Positions 24,408 through 38,720 of a stretch of DNA of 64,000 bases are shown here, piece by piece (within the stretch, counting starts at the first letter, position 1; every line of letters begins with the position of its first letter). Under the pieces are notes generated by a model. It was not told the origin of the DNA. It ran no database searches and was given only the letters and a program-made list of their open reading frames with translations. The translations under genes were made by a program, and so were the position numbers. Source of the DNA: Eledone cirrhosa (Eukaryota); NCBI GenBank assembly GCA_964016885.1, contig OZ024747.1, positions 89,404,001 to 89,468,000 of the forward strand, read 5' to 3'.

Positions 24408-26626
24408 GTAAATGAAAGATAAGTTTTTTTGAAAGCTGGTACAGTGCAGTAGAAAATACGAAGTGCAAATGATGGTAAATGAAACAAAACCAAACAAAGT
24501 AATGTTTTACCCAGTGTACACTGTTCATTTTCCTGACATTTGTACATTATTCTATGTACTATACATGCAACTTTGATGAGTTGTAGTGCACCTACCTGAG
24601 CACTGTACACAATAATTTTATTATTATTATTATTATTATTATTATGACATGATATTTAAGGGTTGTTGCCCTCTTTTCAGATATAGGGCTGAAACAGTCC
24701 TAGATAAAACAAACAAATAATTTAAGCTTTCTTCTGCAACTGGACATATCTTATGGAAAAATGTATGTGCATGTTGCTATTGTATATATTATATATATTT
24801 TCAGTAATATGTATTGCTCCAGTTGGATACAGCAATGTCTTTGTTGTTTTGTTGGTGTTGTTTAGCCCTAGGTCAAGCAAACCTACAATCAAGCGATGAA
24901 AATTCTGTCATTTCTTTCAGACATGGAATGGAATGGATCTTTGTTGGTTTTGATGATGATTGTTCAATTATTCCAGTTCTTTGATCAATGGAACATCTCA
25001 TGAAAATGATATGTCAAAGGCTGAGACACTGTGTATTCCACAGACACGTGTACTCTTAATGTAATTCTTAGAGAGATTCAGCATGATATAATATGTGACA
25101 AAGCTGGTCCCTTTGAATTATAGTTGTCATATATCTGATGGGCTTACAAGCAATTTTTTTCTAATTTCAATCACAAGAATGGTTTGAGTCCCAGTTATGG
25201 TAAATGTTATTTGCTCAAGATCTCATACAATGGGATGAAACCCAGGACATAGGGTATTTAGGAATACATACATTTAATGGGATTCTTTTTTTTTTTTAAG
25301 GTATGATGTTGGAAGAGTTGACTAAAAGGGTTGACACTAGGAAGAACATCTGGGTTAATTAAGCATTGCTTCAGAAAGGACCCTGATGATGAGTGTGAAG
25401 TTTGTCAGGGGTTCTGTAATGTTAACCTCTGGTAAACCCTGCTAACCCCTACTTTAGCAAGAAAATGGCCTTAATACTTTAGCATTTACATTACTCTATA
25501 TATACTATTGTATTTTCATGGTAAAGGCATAATATCAAAACTACGAGATTTTGATTTTATTTATTTTGAGAACAATACCTTAACATCAGTATGAGCAGCT
25601 GATTACAGCTGGTTTGAACAGAAACAGATGAGAGAATTCTGGCCTGATATGGTCGGTTTAGATGCTAAAAGGTTAAATTATTTGTTGTTGTGTTTGAGTT
25701 GTTGGACAGGTGTGATTTGAGGTAAATTTGGCAGCTATTTCAAGCAGAACACGCAAGGATATTGAGACTTCCATGTTAGCCTTATAATCTAGCTATACAC
25801 AGCCATGTTGCCTGTTTACAGCTAAATGGACAGAGCTGTTTATATGGTGAGGCACAAATGTTAAGATAAAAATAAGCAGCCCTAAAATGTATAATTTGAA
25901 AGGCAATCTATGTTATCATTTAGTCTAATTAGTCTAATCGGAGTACCAGCTTTGTGCTAAGATAATTAACTGTTATCCCATATCAACATGCTCCCTGTTA
26001 TATAGGTATGTGTGTGTATGTCTGAGTTTGGGAATGTGTGTGTGTGTATGTGTACTGTGCAACTGTGTGTGAGTATGCATGCCTGTGTGTGTGTATATTT
26101 ATGTCTGTGTATTTGCTTTTATACATACGGCATTGTTCTGTTCTATCGCTAGTTCTTTTTTTTCTATAAAACTGTAAAAGTAATCATTCCTAATTGACTT
26201 GACTACATAACAAACAAGGTTTGACTGACTTATGAAGAATTGGCAAATTTTAAATTTTAAAATATTGTTGCTACAGTGCTGATAACTAAAACAATAGTTG
26301 ATAACTATAGATAAATTAGGTAAAGTAACTCTGGAAATGGAAAAAAGAAATGAACAGAAATGTCCTGTGGAGAAGCAATTTATACATCTCATAAGATGGG
26401 CATGTGTATTTGACCCTTTAACATTTAACCTGTTAGCATTTAAACCAACTGTATTTGGTCAGAATTCTCTTAACTCTTTCTGATCAAACCAGCTGTAACC
26501 AGCTGTTCATGTTGATGTTAAGGTATTGTTCTCAAAACAAATAATATCAAAATCTCATAGATTCAATATTATGTGAGATACAATATTATGTGAGATACAA
26601 TGAAAATACAATAGTATATATAGAAT

Positions 26627-26814
26627 AATTGTTTCTACTTTAGGCACAAGGCCAGCAATTACCCAGTGCATTACTGGTACTTTATTTTATCGACCCCGTA
26701 AGGATGAAAGGCAAAGTCAACCTCAGCGGGATTTGAACTCAGATCGTAAAGGGACGTAACTATGCTGGAAAGCATGGCGTCCGACCCTCTACCGATACTG
26801 CCAATCCACCGCCC
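26627..26814 (-). mobile_element. tRNA-derived SINE family 1 inserted into a TTAA-MITE
   Basis: Full consensus, with TSD TAGTATATATAGAATAAT at 26612 and 26911. Confidence 0.85.
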
Positions 26815-26922
26815 TAGTATATATAGAATCCACCGCCTTAGTATATATAGAATCCACCGCCCTAGTATATATAGAATCCACCGCCCTAGTATATATAGAA
26901 TCCACCGCCCTAGTATATATAG
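26803..26922. repeat. 24-bp tandem repeat x5 spanning SINE end/target junction
   Basis: AATCCACCGCCC (SINE 5' end) plus TAGTATATATAG (target) repeated. Confidence 0.9.
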
Positions 26923-28937
26923 AATAATGTAAATGCTAAAGGATTAAACCAGCTGTATCTGGCCAGAATCCTTTATCCTTTTTAAAACTGGCCATATATC
27001 TTCAAATAAACAGTAACATCATCAAAATCTTGTAGATTCGAGATTATGTGACATAAAGCCTTTACCATAAATATACAATAGTATGCTAAAGGGTTAACAA
27101 CTACACTGGCTGGTGTCTTTGTTCACATTTTTCCATCATTTCCAGGAATACTTTACACAATTTATTCAACTATTATTCATAGTTATCAACTAATATTATA
27201 GTTATCTGTTATGTGGCAACTATATTTACAAATAAATAAACAGTTTATTCTTAAGAGTTTTTTTTTATTTATCTTCCTTCAAAATGTCTAGTCAGTTCTT
27301 TTACACAAAATAATCCAATGTTGATATTACACTTATCTTTTATTGTAGATTTTTTTAATGGTTTATCTTGTTTTGTTTTATCATTTAGTATTTTCAGACA
27401 TTGAACAAACTTTATCTTCAGCACTTGTTGTAGTTGTTAATGTCGCCCTATCAAAGAAAGGGAGTCTGATAATATCTTTATAAATTTCTTTCCTTAAATA
27501 AGATTATGTAAATTTAATTTAATTTTTTTTATGAATTAAGCCTTACACAAACCAAAGAAAAATAAAATATGACAAAATTTATTATGTGTTTTGTTTATTT
27601 TCCTTTGCTTAAAATATATAGAAAAACAAACATTTTTTTTCTTCTTTTCTTAGAAAATAAAAGTATAAAGAAAGGTAATTGTAAGATTCCCCATTTTCTT
27701 CTCAAGAACACAATTGTGAATTCACTTCTCTTTTTATAAAGATAATTCACTTATTAAAGATAATTAAACATGTAAAAGATTGAAGGAGATATTAAGTTAT
27801 ATTGTTTAGCTATCTAATATTAATTAAGTCTTTTCATACAACAGAATCAAGGTGGCTTATAAAGCTTTAAAAAACAACAACAAAAAACAACAACAAAAAC
27901 AAAAAAACATGTGGTTCGATTTAAAAAAAACTTAGTAACTTTCTTTTTTTGTTTGTTATTTTCTTTTCATTTTTATTTGTTTGATTTTTTTACATTTGAT
28001 TCATTTTATACTTCCAGCTATATGTGGTTAAAACAAAGCCATATGTACATTCTTTTTTTTTTTTTTATATTTTAGATACTAACCTAGCCCAAAACCGGCT
28101 CTGGTTCTATGAAATAAGCTCACACATTTTAAAGGTTTCCAATTTAAATAAAAGTCTTCCAACATAATTTTATATAAGAACTTTACATTAAGTTACTATC
28201 TTAGTAATGAAATGACTAATAATTTTAGTAAATCCATCAAAATTCTTCATTAATTAATAAAAATAGAATGTATTTCATTAGAAATGCAGTCTTGAAAGGG
28301 TTAAGTTGGATCATTGGAGTGATTATTAAAAAATATTTGTGTATATTGTCAAATGATGGGTATATTCTTTCTCTCACACTCTAGATAAATCTCTTCCATT
28401 TAATACAACTTCTGCTTTGATCTAACAGAATAGGAATTAAGATAACAATATGAACAATCAAACAAAGTTTTATGTTGAATATTCTTTAAGTAAATTAAGA
28501 TTACTGATAAAATGATTTCCTTTCTGCTATTGATGTAGACAAACAATAGTTGAATGTCTAGTGATAACTGTTGCAAAATAGATTTTTAAGTATTGTAAAT
28601 ATTTGTCTTGAGAAGATTGAGCTAGAAGATAATTAACAACAACAAAAAAAAAAGAAAAGAAAAAAAAAACGAAAAAAAAAACGAAAATTTCTTCAAAATA
28701 TACTACGACTACTACCACTACTACTACAATTACTAATACTACCACTACTACTACCACTATACCTTAATTACTACTACTACCACCACCACTACCTCTACTA
28801 TTACAATTACTACTACTTCTATTACTACAACTATATTATCATCATCATCATCATTCATTAACATACTGGAGTCGATTTAATTGACTTCCCCTCCTGCCAA
28901 AATTGTTGGCCTTGTGCCTAAATCAGAAATTATTATT

Positions 28938-28978
<41 letters not shown>

Positions 28979-29629
28979 TATTATTATTATTATGAGGCTA
29001 TTCTAATGATTATTGAACTTGATCTTGTTTTCACGAGCCATTACTATAAAAAACAATCAATTTTATTGTACATTTAAAAAATTGTAAACTGTTATTTTTT
29101 CATAGAAAAAAAATTTTCTCCCTGTCTTATCAACTGTAGAAGGTAACAGGATGTGGTTATTGAGAAATTAGAAATTTCAATAGATTTTTCTTATGTGAAT
29201 CATTCATTTTACAAATAAACATATTTAAGGATTCTAATAAGCTAGCTAATCGATAAAATGTAAATACCAAATCTCCACCTCACCCCCCGCTTATTCTGCC
29301 CCTCCCCCTATTATTTGGGACCTGAGAATAGTTAGACAAACGAATGGAAAATCTATCTACCAATCTAATGTTGGCATGTTTATATATTTTAAATGCATGG
29401 TTGGTTATAATAAAATGAAGTGTATTAAAGTTTTCATACTAAATGAGATAAAATAATTAACAAAGTTTTACTCACACGTATTTTATAATTTTATTAATTT
29501 TGTAATAATCGTTTTTACAAATTGTTGAGCAAATTCAACTTTTGAAAGTGTTACGTTATTGTAAGCTGCTATTCTGCTTTACTGGTATCTTTCAAATACA
29601 ATTAATTATTGCTAGAAACCTCACTAATA

Positions 29630-29823
29630 TAATTGTTTCTACTTTTGGCACAAGACCAGCAATTAACCAGTGCATTACTGGTACTTTAATTTATCGATCC
29701 CATAAGGATGAAAGGCAAAGTTAACCTCAGAGGGATTTGAACTCAGACAATATAATAAAGGGGCGTAACTCTATGCTACAAAGCATGGCATCTGACCTTT
29801 TACCGATACTGCCAATCCTCCCC
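29630..29823 (-). mobile_element. tRNA-derived SINE family 1
   Basis: Consensus match with TSD CACTAATATAAT. Confidence 0.8.
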
Positions 29824-29934
29824 CTACACTAATATAATGGATAACAATATATTATCAAAAGGAAAGAAAAAGAAAAAAGCCAAGCAAACAAAGACAACCA
29901 TCAATTCAGCACCAAGTGGCCACACACCACAAGG

Positions 29935-30340
29935 GTCAATGGTAAATTTTGAGGCAAGCCAACATGCTCGCAGCATTAACATGGGTGAGGTCAAGGCTAA
30001 GGTGCTGAAACAACCAGGCAGCCTCATGGGTATCACCTGACACTTCAGTAAGGCGAGCTGCTAATGATGACAAGAACTTCACTGTCAGCAGCCCAGCTCC
30101 ACCAAACACCTCAAATTCCACAGGCTGGAAAAAATAGTTATTTGATAGTTCCCAGTATTTTAAGATTTTATTCCATTTGGCAATGGAAACAGTCACCCTC
30201 TTACTGTGGCAACCATGATGTGGGAGGGAGCAAAAGAGTCACTGACTCTTACCCAGGAACAAAGAGTAGCACCATCTGGTCCTTTCCCATCAATTCTGGA
30301 TAATCCAGCCAGCTCCAGAACTGAGGGATATTTACTTGAA
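29935..30340 (-). pseudogene. Decayed CRE-clade non-LTR element C-terminus
   Basis: GKGPDGAT...SDSFAPSH...KY..L..NYFFQPVEFEVFGGAG...FLSSLAARLTEVSGDTHEAAWLFQHLSL...NAASML matches the CRE-type RLE tail (P.AVET.G; QRISIAVQRGNAAS). Confidence 0.7.
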
Positions 30341-30351
30341 CTAGGGCCTGC

Positions 30352-30580
30352 TTAACCCTTTAGCATTTAAACCGGTCATATCTGGCCAGAAATCTCCCAC
30401 CTCTTTCTGTTTAAACTGGCCATAACTGGCCACTCATACCAAAATGAAGGTATTATTCTCAAAATAAATAATATCAAAATCTCATAGATTCGATATTATG
30501 TGAGATAATTATGTAAAATAAAGCCTTTACTGTGAAAATACAATAGTAAATATATAGTAATGTAAAGGCTAAAGGGTTAA
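30352..30580. mobile_element. piggyBac-like MITE (TTAA TSD)
   Basis: TTAA-CCCTTTAGC...GCTAAAGGG-TTAA. Other copies at 25470-25678, 26425-27097, 35289-35498, 41524-41739 and 46273-46498. Confidence 0.75.
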
Positions 30581-32449
30581 ATTTCTATGCTGAAGAGATA
30601 GAGAAGATTTTATGTAATTTTGAGTGTATTTTCTGCCCTTATCAATTATATAATACACTGCAAATCATATGAAGAGGCTCTATGTGTGTTTTTGAAATAT
30701 TCTTTTTTTTTTCAGATATTTAGATCCATTCTTTTAATGTAAAGCATTGTGATTAATAACTTAAATCAATGCTTATCTAATGTATTTATATAAACCTTCC
30801 TTTTGTACAATTCAGATTTTCTCTCTATTTATTATCAGCCATAATTAAGGTGATATATTTCCGTTTAGTGCAATATTAAATGCAAAATTTCTTTTCATAT
30901 TACAAATATTTGCACAGCTATATGGATCATAACCTATTACATATGACAATCTTATCCAATACAATGTTGTATATATATTTTGTAATAAGTTTTCTGAAAA
31001 TATTTGATAGCCTGTCCATAATAAACATCCTTCATAACTTTTAATTGCAAAGTTATGTCAGTTTTATGTTATTAACCAGAAAAAGTCTGAGAACTGACAA
31101 TATATAAATGTAATTACCCAAGAAAAATGTTCTAATAATTAAGTAGTGGATTTAAATGAGATAATTGTTTTAATTATCATTATCAGTATACATACAACGA
31201 ACCATCATTGATATAAAGTTCACCATTTTCTCCAGCTCATGTGATCTTATTTTCAGGAAGCTTTTTTTAAAGCCTATTTCAATATTTCTCTTTTGAATCT
31301 TGCTTTATGAAAGGAAGTTTGTAAAATCGTTTATGAAGTGGTTCTTTGATGCTGTTTTAATCAATATATTGGCAATGTTGAGTGACTTTAAAATGGGAAC
31401 ACTTCAGTACTTCCTTTATAGTTCACTTGTTTGACAAGAACTTTGCTTTAAAGACACCACAATATTAAAAGAGCCAGAGAATAAGTGCTATGAAAATTAC
31501 TACAGATATTATGGGAACAGGGGAGAAATTAGAATGAAGAAAAATCTTTTATTTAAAAAACTAAATAATACAAACAGAATTTTATTAAACAATATTTTTT
31601 AGGATGTTCTAGTCATCAGTCATGTAACCAAGAGATTACATTCTTCAACTATAAACAAATAAGCACTTGGAACAGACAGTTGCTTAGTTTCCTCTCACTG
31701 ATCATTCTTATCTTATTAAGCTCAATATTTGAAATAATATTCCACTTTAAGGTGAATCAATACAAGGAAATATTCTGTTGTTGATATAAACTAGAAATTC
31801 ATATTTTGATTTATTACCCTTATACTTTTTTTTATAACAAATAGCCAATCTTAAGGAAAAAATTGTTGACTAAACAATAAATATATATATAAATAAATAG
31901 TTAAATAAAAATTGTGAATCCTAATGAAATCTAGAATATAGGTGAGAAAAATAAACAAAATTATTTTGCAAGTAATTTTTGATATCTTAATATCTTTGAT
32001 ATTTTAACATAACCTGCAATACCATAACATCTACAAAATATCAGAGCCACAATAAAAATAACATCAACACCAATTAAACCAACAGAAACTTGAGTTAATG
32101 AGAGAAACAATGAAAGAACCTTATAATCTTTAGTCCAACACCCTAACCCCCTAGACCACTGAGAAAATGATAAATTAGCATATTTTAGGAGCGAAATATA
32201 CAAAAAAAAAAAACTGTTTTAAAAAATGAAGATCACTTGTTTAAAATCCTTGATTTTATGAGGTGATAAACATGTCATAGCCAGGAGGACATTCACAAGT
32301 AACATTGATAATGTTTTAATCAAGAAGTTAGCTTCATGCCATACATTTGCTCAAGTACAACTAACGGGGAAAAAAAAACAAAAAACATTTAAAGCAGCTT
32401 CAACAACATATTTAAAAAATAAAATAAAATGATGTTAATATCAACATTT

Positions 32450-32710
32450 ACTAAAATAACAACAACAACAGCAGTAGTAGTAGTAGCAACAACAACATGA
32501 ACAACAGCACCAAAAACAGCATCAACAATGAGAAAAACAGCAGCAGCAACAGCTACAACAACACCAAAAACAACAATAATACCAAAACAACTACAACAAT
32601 AACAACACAAAAAACAGTATCATCAACAACAGCAACAACAGCACCAAAAACAACAACACCAAAAACACCATCAACAACAAGAACAACAGCAACAATAACA
32701 ACAACAAGAA
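32450..32710. repeat. (CAA/CAG)n-rich low complexity
   Basis: Degenerate trinucleotide run. Confidence 0.85.
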
Positions 32711-34294
32711 TATCAAGAAACAGACTAGGTGTCTTTAGGGGTGTCAATTCTATTGCAACCATCCAAGTTATGTTTAAGTCTGAGGATAAATTCTTCCCTT
32801 CCACTCACCAGTGATAGAAACCTTAAAAAGGGCCATAAGCACTGTTTTTTTCCTCATCTGACTAAGCAATCGAAACAATGACAATAATAACATCAACAAC
32901 ACAACAATTTTTAGGTGTAATTCTCTAATTGAAGAACTTCTTGCAAGAATTGAGCATCATAGTACTTTCTGAGATAGGTACAATACCAGAAACACAAAAT
33001 CATAAATATACAAAATATAGGTATAGCTAATTGAATTAATCTTAATACTAGCAATAGCAATGTGTTAGAAATGGTAGAGAATATCAATCTAAATGCTTTT
33101 CACTTATCCAATCCATTCTTCTATATTTCAAGTTTAAATTCTGCCATGTTTGACATTGAATTTCATCATCTCTCCTGATAATACAAAGACCAGTCCTGTA
33201 TATGAGTTTGCCTTCACTATTTCAAACTCCTACTGTTACTGCCTCCGTCTCTCCTGCTTTTCCCATCTCTCCCTATTATGAACAATCGAGGGCCCATGCA
33301 CTGGCCACCACATAGCCTCAGCGAACTGGCTGCCCCACAACCTCAATGGACAGAATAGAGAAAGCGTTTCCCCGGAAGATGGTGAGGGAGACACGTTGGA
33401 AGAGCCATTCTAGCTTGTGAGGCTAAATAAAAGTGAGACAATTAAAGAAAGAGATTAAGAAAGAGAAATAAGAATCAACCCCATTATTCTGTCAACTCTG
33501 GTAGCATGAAAAGCAAAGTTGACTTCGGTGAGATTTGAAATAGAAAATGTTAAGAGCCAGAACAAATACTGCAAAACATTTTGTCCAATGCTGTAATGAT
33601 TTTTACTAATCCACCAGCCTTGACAACAATAAAAATAGTATTAATAACAACAATGTTATATTGGTAGCAATAAGAAATACATCAACATGAATAACAGTAA
33701 CAGACTTTAGTAATATCACAGAAATATATTAGTTTTTTCCTCCCTGCTTCACTGCTTTTCCTATTGTATTTTTGTCTCTTTCTGAGAGAGTTCTTCTGTA
33801 AACATACTGCCTGCAGGAAGTGAAGTTAATATTAACATTAATAAGGGCAGTAGATTTGCAGAATCGTTAGAGCATTGGATAAAATGCCTTGTGGTATTTA
33901 GTGACATCCCTTTACATTCTGATTTCAAATTAGGATGAGGTTAAGTTTGCTTGATGTAATTTAGTATTTTCTCCTCCCCCCCCCCCCCCCCTCACACACA
34001 CACACCCACAAATGTGGTTTTGTGTTTCAGCATTAACAACAAGGGGAGTTACAGATGGTAAATTACATTAAGCACTAAATTAGATATTTTACTATATCTA
34101 GTTTAGTACTAAAGAATTGATTTCACATCTTGCATTGATTTGATAAAACAAATACCAATCCAATATTAATTAGCAATTAATTTAATTGACAGTATATCTC
34201 CAACTCAACATTGGTTTCTTGTGTAGATGAAGAAATAAATTTAAAAACAACAGCAACCAGGGTATTAATATGAAAACATGAAATTTATTATTAC

Positions 34295-34610
34295 AACGGC
34301 CCCACTCGGTCACCATGGTTTTGCACTTAGAAAGTTACCCTCTGAGGTACAAGTCTGGGCAAGGTTTGTTTTGTGGAAGACTAGCAGTCACCCATGCATA
34401 CCAGCTTCCCCTCTCCATGCCACTGATGTTGTCCAAAGGAAAGCTTGGCACCATTGATCTCGCAACTCATTTCTACAGCTGAGTAAACTGGAGCAACATG
34501 AAATAAAGTGTCTTGCTCAAGGACACAACGCATCACCTGGTCCAAGAATGAAACTCACAACCTCTTAATTGAAAGCCCAATGCTCTAACCACTAAGCCAT
34601 GCACCTTCAC
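34295..34610 (-). mobile_element. tRNA-derived SINE family 2
   Basis: Reverse complement of the 13930 copy. Confidence 0.75.
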
Positions 34611-34884
34611 TTACTACTATAACAACAGTAATATCAGCAATAGTAACTATAATATTGTACTCCATGCTAGCACCTATCCTTGCAAAGTTCTTCCATCTTT
34701 CTACCTCAACATGGTTTTACAAAATTCTATGTAAACAACCCATTAGTGTGTTCTATTCCCAAGAAGTGAAATTTCTCCGAGTCTAACAACTATAAAACAT
34801 TCATTTCCATCAACAGAAATGTGATGTAGGTTTTCAACAATGACCATATCCTTTAAACAACCACAAAATCATTAACCATCTTGC

Positions 34885-35255
34885 AAACAACAGCCCTGAG
34901 CACCTTTTTGATTTCCATGTGTCTAACACACGTGGGCTTGCCTACAAAGTCAGAAAACAGCACAGCTCCCATGACTTTCGGAAATATTATTTCATGCTCA
35001 GAGTTGCTGAAGCATGGAACAAACTACCTGCATCAGTTGTTGGCTGTCGAGACACTGCATCCTTTAAAATCTCATGCTTCCTGAGATTCACCAACGCTAC
35101 ACCTGATGTCCCCCCTCCATACACATGCACACATGTATTTCATGACTTGTACACTGTTCATTTTCCTGACATTTGTACATTATACTATGTACCATACATG
35201 CACCTTTGATTAGTTGTAGTGCACCTGAGCACTGTACACAATAATTTAATTATTA
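34885..35255 (+). mobile_element. CR1/L2-type LINE 3' fragment
   Basis: SNTRGLAYKVRKQHSSHDFRKYYFMLRVAEAWNKLPASVV plus conserved 3' UTR. Confidence 0.85.
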
Positions 35256-35926
35256 TTTTTTTTATAACCTTCAGATTCTTTCACCCCTTTAACCCTTTAG
35301 CCTTTAAACCGGCTGTATGTGACCAGAATTCTCACACCTCTTTCTGTTCAGCCACTCCTACAGATGTTAAGGTATTGTTCTCAAAATAAATAATATCAAA
35401 ATTTCATAGATTTGATATTATGTGAGAAAATTATGTGAGGTCAAGCCTTTACCATGAAAATATAATAGTAAATATAGAGTAATGTAAATACTAAAGGGCC
35501 ACCAATAAAAGTTTTGTAGAAACAGATCTACGGGAGACTTTATTTACATTCGGCACCTGTGGTTTCATATTCTTCTGAACTTCCCCAGAAGACATATTAA
35601 CACCAGCAAAACCTCTAATTGTGTCAAGTAGAGGAAATCTCCTAGATAAGCTGCTTGCCTATAGAATCAGAAGTTTTCTGTCAGTCTGCTTTATTAAAGA
35701 GTGTGTTGATGAATGTCTTTCCAAATAACAGACTGTCAACTCAGGTGTTCTTTGACGGTCAAATATCTCACACTCTATTCATTCATTCTGCACATTTATT
35801 ACGTTTTCCAACAACACAACACCCTATATATATATATATTGTCCTACTCTTCATAACATAGATGTCCTTCACATGTTACCTAGACGTCTTACTCCTGATC
35901 TGCTCAATCAGAGATTACCTAGAGCT

Positions 35927-35927
35927 A

Positions 35928-35958
<31 letters not shown>

Positions 35959-36145
35959 GCAGCAGCAGCAGCAGAAAAAACAACAACAATGACAACAAAA
36001 ACAACATTAACAACAACATCAGCAACAACAACAAAAAACAACAACAATGACAACAAAAACAACATTAGCAACAACATCAGCAGCAGCAGAAAAAACAACA
36101 ACAATGACAACAAAAACATTAGCAACAACATCAGCAACAGCAAAC
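35927..36145. repeat. (CAA/CAG)n low complexity
   Basis: Trinucleotide run with higher-order duplication. Confidence 0.85.
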
Positions 36146-37228
36146 CCAATAGCCACCAAGACACAATTGCTATAAATTGAATGAGTACTCAATATATGTA
36201 AGGAAAGTGTAAATTTTATTTTCTAAAGAGGAAAGTGGTAACGACTTGGAGTTTCATCTTTGTTGCTTGGAATTCAAAAAGGTGCTTCCAACATATGAAC
36301 AATACAAAATAAAAGGATTTGCAATCAATGATTATTTCTCATTGTGACTTCATCTGCACAATATAAGTTTGAAAGCAGAGGTAACAGAAAATAGTTTTAG
36401 CTGGGTCCTGTCAACAAAATCTCCATATGGTTTAAATACACAACAAGTCTCTGATTTCTGAATGGCAAAATGCCAGCAGAAGGGTACCCTGGAGTCCATA
36501 ACCTCAATGCTGCTCGGCCCTCTTAGTGTGTAAGAAGTTAAGGGCCAAAACACTCGCTTGAGTGGGGTGGAGGTATTATGGAGTTCTTCTCTAAAGACCT
36601 TCTGCTGTCCAGCTTTCCTGAGAGTTTCTTATCACTGCACAACATTGCTAAAATTGTGCACCCAAAGACTACCCTTCAATTTTTAAAAAGAATAATTTAA
36701 CCTTGACTAATTTCTGGTTCCTTGCCGAGGTCTTGTGTAAGATACTATGGAGAAGTATTTGCATGTGAGGTTCAATGGTTCTACCACATATAAAAACAAT
36801 CTTAGCTCACATACAAAATGTCTTCTTAAAGAATAGCAAAGATTTATTCAATCCACACACAACTATTGACTCACAGATATGCTGTTTCTTCTTCCCATCT
36901 CTTCTACCACAACAACAACAACAACAACGTCAGCTCTTCTCATCTAGTTTATTTGCTTATAGAGCTTTCAACCTAGGCCCAGCTGGAGCTAAATATTTCA
37001 CTAATCTGTCTTTCCCTTTTTCATTGCTACTATGTTTCTGCCCTTGCCAGAACTCACACTAAACATTTTATCTAATTTCAAGACTGTAACCACCTATCCC
37101 ACTGGAATAGTTTTCCAGCCTTTGTTGTTTCCAGTAAACCAGCAGACTTTGAACATCAACTGTATTGATTTCCCTTGTCTGTGAGGGCCTGCTAAAGTCA
37201 TTGGGACTATGCTTGCTTTCTACTCTGA

Positions 37229-37297
<69 letters not shown>

Positions 37298-37416
37298 TGT
37301 ATATATCTATTTATCTCTCTCTATCTTCTTTCCCTATATATATATATCATCATCATCATCATCATCAATATTTAACATCTATTTTTCAGTGTTAGCACAC
37401 AGACATACACACACAC

Positions 37417-37454
<38 letters not shown>

Positions 37455-37916
37455 AATATATACATACATATATATATATATATATACTTATATATATACA
37501 TACATATATACATACATTCATATATATGCATACACTATATACATATATATGTATATATAACAGACTATAGACAAGTATATTCCCTCTAGGGAAGACAGCC
37601 TTAAGAAAGGTAGTGCATGCGTATGTATGTGTGTGTGTGATTATGTGTGTGGGTGTGTGATTATGTGTGTGTGTATGGATAAAAGGAGAAAAGGATGAAA
37701 GAATTCCACAACAAAATGCCAAACTGAAAATAAGATTAAAAATGAAATATAAAGATCAGACATAAAAATATAAAAAGAAAAATAACTACAAAGATTTACT
37801 GAGGAAACCTTTAGAAATATATTCTCTGCTATTACAAGAACAATAAGTTGAATTTCTTTCCCTCTTATAATCTTTCATATTCCTTCATTTTCACTTCATT
37901 ATTTAGAAATTTTCAG

Positions 37917-38310
37917 GGGCGGTGGATTGGTAGTATCGGTAGAGGGTCGGACGCCATGCTTTCCAGCATAGTTACGTCCCTTTACGATCTGAGTTCAAAT
38001 CCCGCCGAGGTTGACTTTGCCTTTCATCCTTACGGGGTCGATAAAATAAAGTACCAGTAATGCACTGGGTGATTGCTGGCCTTGTGCCTAAAGTAGAAAC
38101 AATTATTTAGAAATTTTCAAGGCGATGGATTGGCAGTACCGGTAGCGGGTCGGACGCCATGCTTTGACGCATAGAGTTACGGCCTTTTCCATTATGAGTT
38201 CAAATCCCGCCGAGGTTAACTTTGCCTTTCATCCTTACGGGGTCGATAAAATAAAGTACCAGTAATACACTGGGTAATTTGCTGGCCTTGTGCCAAAAGT
38301 AGAAACAATT
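37917..38310 (+). mobile_element. Two tandem family 1 SINEs of different subtypes
   Basis: Copies at 37917-38102 and 38121-38308, each flanked by TTATTTAGAAATTTTCA. Confidence 0.9.
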
Positions 38311-38720
38311 ATTTAGAAATTTTCAGCATTTTCCTTTTCTTTATTGTCATGTCTGTTTTCTCCCTGCTGTCTCACCCTCTCTCTTCTTTCTGCTCCTTTC
38401 TCTCTCTTTGTCCATCCTTTCTCTTTCTCACCCTTTCTCTATAACTGCCCCTGTGGCTAATAAAGAAACATATCTATCTATTTAACTATCTATCTATCTA
38501 CCTACCTACCTATCTATTTATTTATTTATTTATCTACCTACCTATCTATTTATTTATTTATTTATCTACCTACCTATCTATTTATTTATTTATTTATCTA
38601 CCTACCTATCTGTCTATTTACTTCCCTACTTATCTATCTCTCTATCTACCTATCTATTTATTTACCTACCTATCTACCTACCTACCTAACTATCTATTTA
38701 CCTACCTACTTATCTATCTA

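Noticed and set aside
36640-37228. Possible solo LTR on the minus strand
   Set aside because: AATAAA and TATA-like motifs only; no clear TG..CA ends, TSD or second copy.
37917-38010. tRNA genes
   Set aside because: A/B boxes belong to SINE heads; no cloverleaf or acceptor stem.
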